From Candidatus Kuenenia stuttgartensis (GTDB lineage Bacteria > Planctomycetota > Brocadiia > Brocadiales > Brocadiaceae), in contig NZ_LT934425.1 in assembly GCF_900232105.1 (NCBI RefSeq), positions 240,001 to 272,000 on the forward strand: a DNA stretch of 32,000 nucleotides, in the 5' to 3' direction. The notes beneath the pieces were generated by a model. That model was not told the origin of the DNA, searched no databases, and saw nothing but the letters and a program-made list of their open reading frames with translations. Shown here piece by piece: positions 1 to 7,810 of this stretch (position 1 is its first letter; each line of letters begins with the position of its first letter). The position numbers and the translations under genes were made by a program.

Positions 1-1
1 C

Positions 2-748
2 TGCGAGATAAAGGATGATGAGGTTCGATATATTCTGAGGCGCAATCCGGTAAGGGCGGAAGAGATGTCAAAGACCCGTGTATCAAAATTACAGAGTATA
101 GAGAAATACATCGTGAAGAAGAACAGTTATCTGAAGGAACATCCTAAGTCGTCAGTATCGAAGGCACTGGAAACAACAAGGGAAAGGCTAACGAGATTGA
201 AACTTGATGGGTGGGTGCAGATAAAAGAAGAGGATAGGACGCTAAAGATAGAGAGAGATGAGGAAGCATTAAAGGAGGCATCATACCTTGATGGTTGTTA
301 CGCAATCAAGACTGATCTTGAGGAGAACGAGGCGGATACCAATCTGGTACATGAACGATACAAGGATTTAACGGAAGTGGAGAAGGCGTTTCGGGACTGT
401 AAGACGGTGAATTTGGAGGTTCGTCCGGTGTATGTAAGAAAGGAGGATAGTACACGGGGACATGTGTTTGTGGTAATGCTTGCGTACATGATAATTCGAA
501 GGCTGCGCAGAGCGTGGAAGAATTTTGACTTGACGGTAGAGGAAGGTCTCGCACAATTGACGACCATTTGTTCGATGGAAGTAACAATCAAAGGCCAAAA
601 AGCTAGTTGCCAGAAGATCCCGCGTCCGCGGCAACAATCACATGAATTATTAGAGGCATTACAGATAAAGTTGCCAGAAGTATTGCCAAGCCGGAACATA
701 CGGGTAGTCACTAGAAAAAAGCTTGCTGTTCGGCGTAAAAGTCAATAA
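2..748 (+). CDS. IS1634/IS4-type DDE transposase, C-terminal part (5' end outside window)
   Basis: Frame 2 is open from the window edge (CEIKDDEVRYILRRNPVRAEEMSK...), so the gene is cut by the window. The C-terminal block YKDLTEVEKAFRDCKT..LEVRPVYVRKEDSTRGHVFVVMLAYMI matches the YREK-type signature of IS4/IS1634 transposases. Confidence 0.8.
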   Translation, partial: CEIKDDEVRYILRRNPVRAEEMSKTRVSKLQSIEKYIVKKNSYLKEHPKSSVSKALETTRERLTRLKLDGWVQIKEEDRTLKIERDEEALKEASYLDGCYAIKTDLEENEADTNLVHERYKDLTEVEKAFRDCKTVNLEVRPVYVRKEDSTRGHVFVVMLAYMIIRRLRRAWKNFDLTVEEGLAQLTTICSMEVTIKGQKASCQKIPRPRQQSHELLEALQIKLPEVLPSRNIRVVTRKKLAVRRKSQ

Positions 749-837
749 ATATAAGGCTTTTACGGCACTTTTGTTTTTTGACTTGGGGTGAACATCCGTT
801 AAAAGACAAAAACCCAACCTAATTTATATTATTCCAT

Positions 838-3401
838 TATAGCCAAACAAATCAAGTTTTGGAAATTCAGGATAACGCAGCATGTAATACACACCCCGTC
901 TGCTCCGCTACCACCCCTCTTTTTATAGGAGAAAGCCGGAAGTCCCCTCTAAAAAGCTAATCTTTACCCACAAATTTCAAGAGCACCGTAGTTGTACGGC
1001 CAATTGAGCTGAAGGCTAAGTGGTGTAAAGTTCGTAAGCAACTTCAATATCAGCCAAACGTGACATGCCTCGCCAAAGTACTTCACTTCCGGGATGGCCA
1101 TCACCACGGCGACCCAGATGACCGCCAAGTTTACCTAAAAGCCGCACGGCATCATTGAGGCTTGGAGGTAAATCAGGAGGCTCCTTGACCTTGTTCGCAA
1201 AAGTTGTCAATGCTTTCCATTCAGAATCGCTGAAGTAGACAGTACAAGGGACATCAGGTGTTTCTTGTCCTAAAGTAGTCAGGTAATGGATACGCCAAGC
1301 TATAATCATATCAATGGCCAAAGCGTTGCACAGACGACGGGCACTCTCCAACTGCCGGGACTCGACACGACAACCGCTCTTGATAATACGATGATAACAC
1401 TCAATACCCCATCGGCGAGCATACCATTCCAAACGTTCGTAAGCATCTTTTTCATGCTTAACCGCAACTGTAGTTAACAGCATCCATTCTAACCCATCAA
1501 TTCCGATAGGCGGATTGACTTCCTGCGCCAGCACCGCCCACACCCTGACCGCAGGCATATTCTTTTTTAGCATAGGTGGGCGTAGCGTAACAGGCATCGT
1601 TCGTACCATAAGTATTGCCTGACGTGCGGAGCGTTTCTCACTCGGAGGTATCAATATTTCGCGGGTACCTATAACCGGTTGCTGTTCCAGTTTAGTCCAC
1701 AAAAACTCGCATGATTCTTTATCATCAACAACCGTTCTATTGCGCGAACGTTCTGCACGGATCAGCAACTGAGCGCCATCAGGCGTATTATACTGCTCAG
1801 CGAATACCTCGTGAATATCGGCCTCACGATCTGCCACAACCACCAGCAAAGATTTGTTTCGACAGCGTTTCTGTACTTGCGATACTGCATGGTAACTCTC
1901 CACCCATTTCCAGCTTTCCTTCTCTTCGATAGGCTTCTTGTGTCGTTCATGTTTGCTGCCTATTCCGTCCCGCGCCCAGCATTGCACATTCAGAAGTCCC
2001 AAGGGTGTACCACTTTCAGTAAACGCCATCGTATCATGCACCATCAGTCCACGAACTTTTTCACTCTTAGTACCTATCGGCCCTAACCCCTGCGTATTCG
2101 GATGTGTGCTATAATTCAGAGTCGTAGTATCTTGCGCTACCAAAACCAAACTATTCTCCTTCACACGCTCTTCCGTGGCCTCATAATGAGCTTGCAATAT
2201 CGCCTTCCAATCTACATTCTCATTGTCAAGGAATCGGTATGCAGCCTTAGTCGCACTGACTGAGCCGCACGCCTGCGGAATGTTTGCCAAAGGTTTGTCA
2301 TAAAACATACCTGTCATTTCTAAAAGTCTTGAGGTCAATCGTGCATCGCCCAATTTTGTTCCTCCAAGTTCCGCTTCTATCCAATCCCGAGGCTCTTTTT
2401 GTGCCACTCTTTGGCGAACATGTACTTTGCCATCGGCACAACAACACAACACCGCCTGCCATTTCTTTTGCAACGGCATAACATAAACGTCTTTGACCGT
2501 TGCACCTGTTCCTTTTCGTCCTCGACCTTCCGTGCCTCCAACATACTTCCAGTTAGCTGCCCGATAACAGCTTCCGGAAAACCGTCCTCGTTCCACATAG
2601 GTTTCTAAAAGTACAGGACGATATTTATACACTCTTTCCCAATCATCTACCAAACGTGTTTGGCATTTTGCCAATACATGCGATGCCAAACATTTTACTC
2701 TTACCGTAGGCGCTATTAAATACCGACTGTTATTGATAACAAACGTATGATTCCGCTTACGTGCTTCCTCCGTCCATCCTATCCACTCGTCGCGACTTTC
2801 CACCCGTCTGGCACAGGCACTATAACTTAGCCCTCCTATCCATCCGTAATGTTCACTGCGTACAAGATACCGAAGTTGCGCCCCGCATAGGGGCCCACTT
2901 CCAAGATAATGATGCGCTTCTAACATGCTACGCCAAAGTTTCGAATGGAATCTCGTTGTAACCCGTATAATCTCTACGTCACCCAACTCCGCTAGCTCGC
3001 ATGACACTTCCGCAATCGGAGGCGCCTCCGCAGGTTTATTGACTTTTTGAAATGCATAATGCTTGTTCACCTTTGGAAGATTGATCTCTTTACGACGATC
3101 CAATTCCAATAACGCCTTGCGACAACTCATCTCTTGCAAACGGCCCGCTTGATTCCTCCAGTCCATCCATTCGCATACCAGACGCGACAGTTTACGACGC
3201 GATAGACAGGGTTCCTTTTGGATAGTTTCTGATAAACGCTTTATTACATCATCTGAAAATATTCGACCTCCTACTCTAAGCATGTACACAGTGTAACATA
3301 CGGTTAACACGGTGTCCAGCAAAAAATATGGGTCATCCCCAGCTAAAAAGAGGGGATTTAGGGGTGTGTAAATATTCTAAAATCATATTTGTTTGACTAT
3401 A
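838..3401 (-). mobile_element. Tn5-like (IS4 family) insertion sequence with long imperfect subterminal inverted repeats; ends approximate
   Basis: One long transposase ORF is flanked by inverted repeats with indels. Left 838-925 reads TATAGCCAAACAAAT...TACACACCCC...CCCCTCTTTTTA. The reverse complement of right 3344-3401 reads TATAGTCAAACAAAT...TACACACCCC...CCCCTCTTTTTA. No target-site duplication was found. Confidence 0.55.
1016..3283 (-). CDS. Fusion protein: DUF4338 (DruA-like) N-terminal domain + Tn5-like DDE transposase
   Basis: The N-terminal half (GRIFSDDVIKRL...MSCRKALLELDRR...GAQLRYLVRSEHYGWIGGLSYSACARRVESRDEWIGW...RVYKYRPVLLETYV...GSCYRAANWKYVG.TEGRGR) matches the DUF4338 pattern. 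The C-terminal half has the Tn5 N-domain (ELGGTKLGDARLTSRL...KAAYRFLDNENV) and the DDE triad contexts VAQDTTTLNY, VVADREADI and YARRWGIECYHRIIKSGCRVE. The ATG at 3283 is preferred over the TTG at 3322 by comparison with typical DUF4338 N-termini. Confidence 0.85.
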   Translation of the reverse strand: MLRVGGRIFSDDVIKRLSETIQKEPCLSRRKLSRLVCEWMDWRNQAGRLQEMSCRKALLELDRRKEINLPKVNKHYAFQKVNKPAEAPPIAEVSCELAELGDVEIIRVTTRFHSKLWRSMLEAHHYLGSGPLCGAQLRYLVRSEHYGWIGGLSYSACARRVESRDEWIGWTEEARKRNHTFVINNSRYLIAPTVRVKCLASHVLAKCQTRLVDDWERVYKYRPVLLETYVERGRFSGSCYRAANWKYVGGTEGRGRKGTGATVKDVYVMPLQKKWQAVLCCCADGKVHVRQRVAQKEPRDWIEAELGGTKLGDARLTSRLLEMTGMFYDKPLANIPQACGSVSATKAAYRFLDNENVDWKAILQAHYEATEERVKENSLVLVAQDTTTLNYSTHPNTQGLGPIGTKSEKVRGLMVHDTMAFTESGTPLGLLNVQCWARDGIGSKHERHKKPIEEKESWKWVESYHAVSQVQKRCRNKSLLVVVADREADIHEVFAEQYNTPDGAQLLIRAERSRNRTVVDDKESCEFLWTKLEQQPVIGTREILIPPSEKRSARQAILMVRTMPVTLRPPMLKKNMPAVRVWAVLAQEVNPPIGIDGLEWMLLTTVAVKHEKDAYERLEWYARRWGIECYHRIIKSGCRVESRQLESARRLCNALAIDMIIAWRIHYLTTLGQETPDVPCTVYFSDSEWKALTTFANKVKEPPDLPPSLNDAVRLLGKLGGHLGRRGDGHPGSEVLWRGMSRLADIEVAYELYTT

Positions 3402-3660
3402 GAAGATGTTTTCGTCGTATTCCTTCCTGATAAGCTGGCTGTGTACAACTAACTCATTAACAACTGACCAATCATCCTTTGCCAGATCCAGAAATCCTTT
3501 TACCGCTTCCTCACGCATGGGATACACGACTGTGATGCTCAAGAGATCATCTTCTACATTTCCAGTGAAAGCAAAGGCATTCCCCTCGTAGCCAATAATG
3601 AAGGAAATAAAGGGCGAAGACAGGTTGGTATCAATGGCAAATTATTTTAGGTAAAATGAT

Positions 3661-3689
3661 CAAAAGAAGTGGAAATACAATATTTCCAC
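3661..3689 (-). terminator. Candidate intrinsic terminator downstream of rubrerythrin
   Basis: Perfect palindrome GTGGAAATA-caa-TATTTCCAC (3669-3689). On the minus strand it is followed by TTCTTTTG (3661-3668). Confidence 0.45.
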
Positions 3690-3761
3690 GTATGATGTGG
3701 TTGATCCAAGAGGAGTCTATAAGGGCATATAATTAAAACTCAAGGCATATGAGAATAATCA

Positions 3762-3812
3762 GGACACTTCCCATATTTCTTGATTGATCTGGGAAAATAA
3801 GAGGAAGTGTCC
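3762..3812 (-). terminator. Long hairpin just 3' of the rubrerythrin stop (possible terminator or processing element)
   Basis: The 10-bp perfect arms GGACACTTCC (3762-3771) and GGAAGTGTCC (3803-3812) enclose a 31-nt partly self-complementary loop. The trailing U-tract on the minus strand is poor. Confidence 0.35.
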
Positions 3813-3843
3813 CTATATTTATAATAATGATAAAGGAAAATAC

Positions 3844-4392
3844 TTAAGCAAATTTTTCAAATTTTTCTTTAGTAGCATTGCAAAGAGGGCACGTGTCAGG
3901 AGCTTCACCCTCCAAAGTATAACCACAAACGGAACATACCTGGATTGCATCAAGTTTTGGATCATTATTATTATTCACTGCATCTTTCGCCTTATCAAAC
4001 AGCTTTTTATGCATTTTTTCTGTTCCCAAAGCCCATTCAAAACTTCGTTGTGCATCATTTTCCTTCTGAAATTTTGCAACTTCAATAAAAACAGGGTACA
4101 TTTCATTGATTTCAAACTCTTCCCCCATCAGAGCAAGACCCAGATTCTTTAGCGTTTCACCGGGACCGAAAGTCGCAGCACTATTCGCCACAAATCCACC
4201 GTTCAAATGTTTTAATGTTTCATAATGGCTTCTTGCATGAATCGTTTCTGCATGAGCAATTGCCCTGAATAATCGACCGGCATTAGGATAGCCTTCTTTA
4301 TCAGCCAGGTTCGCAAAATGGGTGTAGCGCATAAAGGCCTGACTTTCACCCCCAAATGCATTAATCATATTCTGTTCTGTCATCTTTCTCAT
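3844..4392 (-). CDS. rbr: Rubrerythrin (ferritin-like diiron domain + C-terminal rubredoxin-like CxxC...CxxC)
   Basis: NAFGGESQAFMRYTHFANLADKEGYPNAGRLFRAIAHAETIHA... is followed by a second E..H helix pair and then CSVCGY...CPLCNATKEKF. A GGGAGG Shine-Dalgarno sits 9 nt upstream of the ATG at 4392. Confidence 0.92.
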   Translation of the reverse strand: MRKMTEQNMINAFGGESQAFMRYTHFANLADKEGYPNAGRLFRAIAHAETIHARSHYETLKHLNGGFVANSAATFGPGETLKNLGLALMGEEFEINEMYPVFIEVAKFQKENDAQRSFEWALGTEKMHKKLFDKAKDAVNNNNDPKLDAIQVCSVCGYTLEGEAPDTCPLCNATKEKFEKFA

Positions 4393-4466
4393 GTGTATAT
4401 TCCTCCCCACTGGTTTAATTATAAAATATGCTTAAAAACTTCCTTCATTGTCACTGGTTTTCATGA

Positions 4467-4757
4467 TTAATCTTTAAATTTTGCCATTGCATTGCTAAAA
4501 GCGGATTTCAGTGCTTCCCAAGCTGTTTCTGACCCTGCTTTGATATCTTCCCAGGATTCTTCTGCTGCAGATTTGAGTTGTTGGAGCTTGCCTTGCAATG
4601 CTTTATAGTCGTTTTCCAATGAATCGATGTTCTTATAGTATTCTATCTTTGCTTCTGCATTTGCCTTGTCCGCTTTGGCCTTTAAATTCTCAATCTTTGA
4701 TCTCCATTCCCTTAGTTGTGCATCTAGCTTTTCTTCATATGCCTTTCTCTTATCCAT
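4467..4757 (-). CDS. Small all-helical coiled-coil protein, function unknown
   Basis: 96-aa ORF with heptad-like K/E/A-rich sequence (KLDAQLREWRSKIENLKAKADKANAEAKIEYYK...). An AGGAG-like SD lies upstream, and the gene is packed between rbr and small membrane protein genes. Confidence 0.6.
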   Translation of the reverse strand: MDKRKAYEEKLDAQLREWRSKIENLKAKADKANAEAKIEYYKNIDSLENDYKALQGKLQQLKSAAEESWEDIKAGSETAWEALKSAFSNAMAKFKD

Positions 4758-4773
4758 AACAAATCTCCTCTTT

Positions 4774-4929
4774 CTAAATACGCCCGATTAAAAGTAAAAT
4801 GAGTAAAATTATCAGGATAAATCCCAAAGAACCGCTTGGATAAAACCCCCAACTTATACTATAGGGCCACGTCGGTAATGCCCCAAGAAGAGCCAAAACG
4901 AGTAGTACTATCAGTATCGTTCTTAACAA
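4774..4929 (-). CDS. DUF3309-family small membrane protein
   Basis: LLRTILIVLLVLALLGALPTWPYSISWGFYPSGSLGFILIILLILLLIGRI matches the DUF3309 pattern (..LLGALPTWPYS..WGY.PSG.LG....LL..GRI). AAGGAG sits 7 nt before the TTG at 4929, so the longer 69-aa ORF start is unlikely. Confidence 0.75.
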   Translation of the reverse strand: MLRTILIVLLVLALLGALPTWPYSISWGFYPSGSLGFILIILLILLLIGRI

Positions 4930-5005
4930 TTTATATCTCCTTTTAAAATGGTATAAGATGAAACATATTTTGCTTTTCCACACCTTGAAAGTCTGAAAAA
5001 GTATT

Positions 5006-5182
5006 TCAAACCGGCGGTCTTCGCCTCCCGAATAATCCGGCTATCAAAAAGAAGATAAAGACAACTATAAAAATAAAGAACAATATCTTTGCTATCCCTG
5101 CCGACGCAGCAGCCAACCCGCCAAAACCTAAAAAAGCAGCAACAATTGAAATGATAAAAAAAACCAAAGCCCAGTAAAGCAT
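5006..5182 (-). CDS. UPF0391/DUF1328 (YtjA-like) small membrane protein
   Basis: [42 protein letters not shown]... closely follows the YtjA pattern (M..WA..FL.IA..AA.LGFGG.AG.AAGIAKI.F). An AAAGGAG SD precedes the ATG at 5182. Confidence 0.8.
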   Translation of the reverse strand: MLYWALVFFIISIVAAFLGFGGLAAASAGIAKILFFIFIVVFIFFLIAGLFGRRRPPV

Positions 5183-5331
5183 AGTACTATCTCCTTTCAT
5201 TTTAAAAAAAATTTAAATAACGATTTCTACAGTTTTCATGCAAAAAACCCTTAACAACAAATGGGAAAAATATGTTTATCAAAAATGCACCTGCAGTAAG
5301 AATATCTGACAAAAGAATTGACTGACGCAGA

Positions 5332-6291
5332 CTACCATTGTTTTGTTTTGTCGCTATCTTCAACAAATAACTTGCCCGTCACAAGAAGGTTTTGAATTGC
5401 TTCCTGATAATACGGCTTTCCCCTGCTTGCAAGGGAACCAGGAAACGTTGCAAGCGTTATATCTGCACATGATTCTGTAAATTCATTCAGTACAATTGCA
5501 CACCGTTGATCATACGACAAAGTAACATTATGAATCATAGGAAAATCGAAAAGGCTTACCCAAAACTCGGTAGTTTTTTTATCGACTTCCGTAGCATTCT
5601 CCTTTATCGTCCTGACTTCCAGCCTGACTAATATTTCTTTTGATTCGATGTTGACTTTTATTACACTCGTTTTATAGTTTCTCTCGATACCTTCTACCAT
5701 AAGGTTATCTTCCTCTAACTGAAGGGACCCATGGCTTTGTTCAAGCCGTTCAATATCAACCATTCGCGAAAATTTATCGCCGGCTCCTTCCAAAATCAAC
5801 ATCTGCTTTTCAATTATTGTCTGTGCAGTTTGATACAAACGCGTTAAATACTCTTTATGCATATTATTGGATAGAGAAGAAACAGACATTTTTTCTTTCA
5901 TATATTCAAAAAATGGTTTCAGATTAAAACTTTCATGGAAATTATTTGCAATAAGTTCAAAATTTAACATTTGCTCATTCAGTTTAAACGTATCAGCTTC
6001 AGAAAATATTTTTATACTTGAATTGAACAGGTCTTCACGCAATTTATTTTCCGCTTCTTCTTGTTTCCTCATAATACCGGAGTAGACTTGAATTGCTTCC
6101 ATGGTGAGTACTCCTCTTTCTGTAAGTGCTTTAGCAGCCGCCCGTTCCTTTAAATAATTGGAGCCTAAATATCCGGAAACAAGAATAGCCGTTGCAACAA
6201 AAAGACTTCCGCATGGTCCGATATAACAACTGATAAGCCTTTCTACCCTGCTACAATATTGAATATTCGTCTCTTCTTTCTCATATTCCAT
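5332..6291 (-). CDS. Single-pass membrane protein of unrecognised family, paralogue A
   Basis: 319 aa. The N-terminal TM helix is GPCGSLFVATAILVSGYLGSNYL. A helical region follows, then a conserved C-terminal core FPMIHNVTL.YDQRCAIVLNEFTESCADITLATFPGSLA.RGKPYYQE.IQNLL.TGKLF. It aligns end to end with the 6477-7433 product. Confidence 0.75.
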   Translation of the reverse strand: MEYEKEETNIQYCSRVERLISCYIGPCGSLFVATAILVSGYLGSNYLKERAAAKALTERGVLTMEAIQVYSGIMRKQEEAENKLREDLFNSSIKIFSEADTFKLNEQMLNFELIANNFHESFNLKPFFEYMKEKMSVSSLSNNMHKEYLTRLYQTAQTIIEKQMLILEGAGDKFSRMVDIERLEQSHGSLQLEEDNLMVEGIERNYKTSVIKVNIESKEILVRLEVRTIKENATEVDKKTTEFWVSLFDFPMIHNVTLSYDQRCAIVLNEFTESCADITLATFPGSLASRGKPYYQEAIQNLLVTGKLFVEDSDKTKQW

Positions 6292-6476
6292 GCTTATTTT
6301 CTCTGTATAAAGGAATCAACATTCTTTTATCTTACAATCCTATATGAATAGGTTCTGTTTCAAAATAAATAACATTGATTTTAAAAAAGGCATTTCTATT
6401 ACTATTATTTCTCCAGAAAATCGTTACAGTTTTTTTAGACACTTTTCCAACAAAATACTTTGTTCATATTATAAGG

Positions 6477-7433
6477 CTACCAAAGTTCTTTGTTGATATT
6501 TTCATCAAATAATTTTCCTGTCATGAGGAGGTTTTGAATCACTTCCTGATAATAGGGTTTTCCCCTTACGGCCAAAGAACCAGGGAATGTTACCAGTGTG
6601 ATATCCGCACATGATTCTGTAAATTCATTCAATACAATTGCACACCGTTGATCATGTAACAGGGTAACATTATGAATCATAGGAAAATTAAAATAATCTA
6701 GCCTATACTCAGAAATTATTGTATTAACGTCTTCTGAAGATTTTCTCTGTGTTCTTATTTCCAACCTGACCAACATTTCTTTTAATTTATCGTTCGCTTT
6801 TCGTACATAAATTTTATAGTTTCTCTTTATCCCTTCTACAATAAGACTTTCTTCTTCTAGTTGAAGACTTCCCTGAATTTGCCCCAGCCTTTCCAAATCT
6901 ACCATTCGTGAAAATTTCTCACCCTCTCCTTCTAAAACCATCATTTGCTTTTTCATTATCGATTTTGCTGTAGCATATAAACGAGTTAAATATATTTCTT
7001 TCGGGGCATATCCCGAAGAAACTTGTATTTGTTCTCTTATAAAACTAAAAAAAGGTTTCAAATTAAAAGTTTCATGGAAGTTTAAAGCAAGAAGTTCCAA
7101 ATTTAATATTTGTTCTTCAAGTTTACAGGTATCCGGCATAGAAAACACTTTCATACTTGAATTAAACATATCTTCGTGCAATTTATTTTCCGCCTCTTCT
7201 TGTTCCCTCATCATATCGGAGTATATCTGTATTGCCTCCATGGTGAGTACACCCTTTTCTGAACGTGCTTTAGCATCTGCCCGCTCCTTTAAATAATTGG
7301 AACCTAAATATCCTGAAATAAGTATTGCAGTTGCAATAATCAGGCTGCCACATGGCCCTAGATAATGTGTAGTAAACTTTTCAAATTTAGTACCCAAATA
7401 TTTTTCTTTTTTAGCTTTTTCTTTCTCCGCCAT
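6477..7433 (-). CDS. Single-pass membrane protein of unrecognised family, paralogue B
   Basis: 318 aa with the same architecture as 5332-6291, roughly 60-65% identical by eye. Its start lies 2 nt after the stop of the upstream 7436-7774 gene. Confidence 0.75.
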   Translation of the reverse strand: MAEKEKAKKEKYLGTKFEKFTTHYLGPCGSLIIATAILISGYLGSNYLKERADAKARSEKGVLTMEAIQIYSDMMREQEEAENKLHEDMFNSSMKVFSMPDTCKLEEQILNLELLALNFHETFNLKPFFSFIREQIQVSSGYAPKEIYLTRLYATAKSIMKKQMMVLEGEGEKFSRMVDLERLGQIQGSLQLEEESLIVEGIKRNYKIYVRKANDKLKEMLVRLEIRTQRKSSEDVNTIISEYRLDYFNFPMIHNVTLLHDQRCAIVLNEFTESCADITLVTFPGSLAVRGKPYYQEVIQNLLMTGKLFDENINKELW

Positions 7434-7435
7434 GC

Positions 7436-7774
7436 TTATCTTCTCCTTGCCAGGAAAGAACCGTTTTTTTCTTCTAAAACGAAATCATATTGGATCGCAT
7501 TCTCATAGATATATATTAAAATCGGTTCTGACATTAATTCTTCATTCCGTATTATAAGAAGGCCACGTCCTTTCCCCGGCACATATAATGAATAGGATCC
7601 ATATTGTGCACATTTTGAAGAGTAAGTCTTTCCGGATGTTAGCATTTCAAGTTTTATCTCTGACCCTTCTGCTATTGGCTTTCCATCTTTTTTTATTGTT
7701 CCGTAAATTTCTCCCGAAAAAGCAATAGTAGTATTAAGCAACAGAAACAATATAACTATTAAATATTTTTTCAT
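7436..7774 (-). CDS. Small secreted beta-sandwich protein (carboxypeptidase-regulatory-like pattern)
   Basis: Signal peptide MKKYLIVILFLLLNTTIAFSGE is followed by IYGTIKKDGKPIAEGSEIKL...GSYSLYVPGKGRGLLII, typical of CarboxypepD_reg-like domains. An AAGGA SD precedes the ATG at 7774. Confidence 0.6.
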   Translation of the reverse strand: MKKYLIVILFLLLNTTIAFSGEIYGTIKKDGKPIAEGSEIKLEMLTSGKTYSSKCAQYGSYSLYVPGKGRGLLIIRNEELMSEPILIYIYENAIQYDFVLEEKNGSFLARRR

Positions 7775-7810
7775 TCCCGATTCCTTCATTGCCTCCAAAT
7801 GCTTAATCGA

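Noticed and set aside
3402-3641. Minus-strand open frame (FAIDTNLSSPFISFIIGYEGNAFAFTGNVEDDLLSITVVYPMREEAVKGFLDLAKDDWSVVNELVVHSQLIRKEYDEN...) that runs into the right end of the Tn5-like IS. It could be a gene truncated by the insertion.
   Set aside because: It has no start codon after the upstream stop, no SD and no family I can recognise. The ORF-track version (3333-3542) ends inside IS sequence. A BLASTP/HMM hit would be needed to call it a pseudogene.
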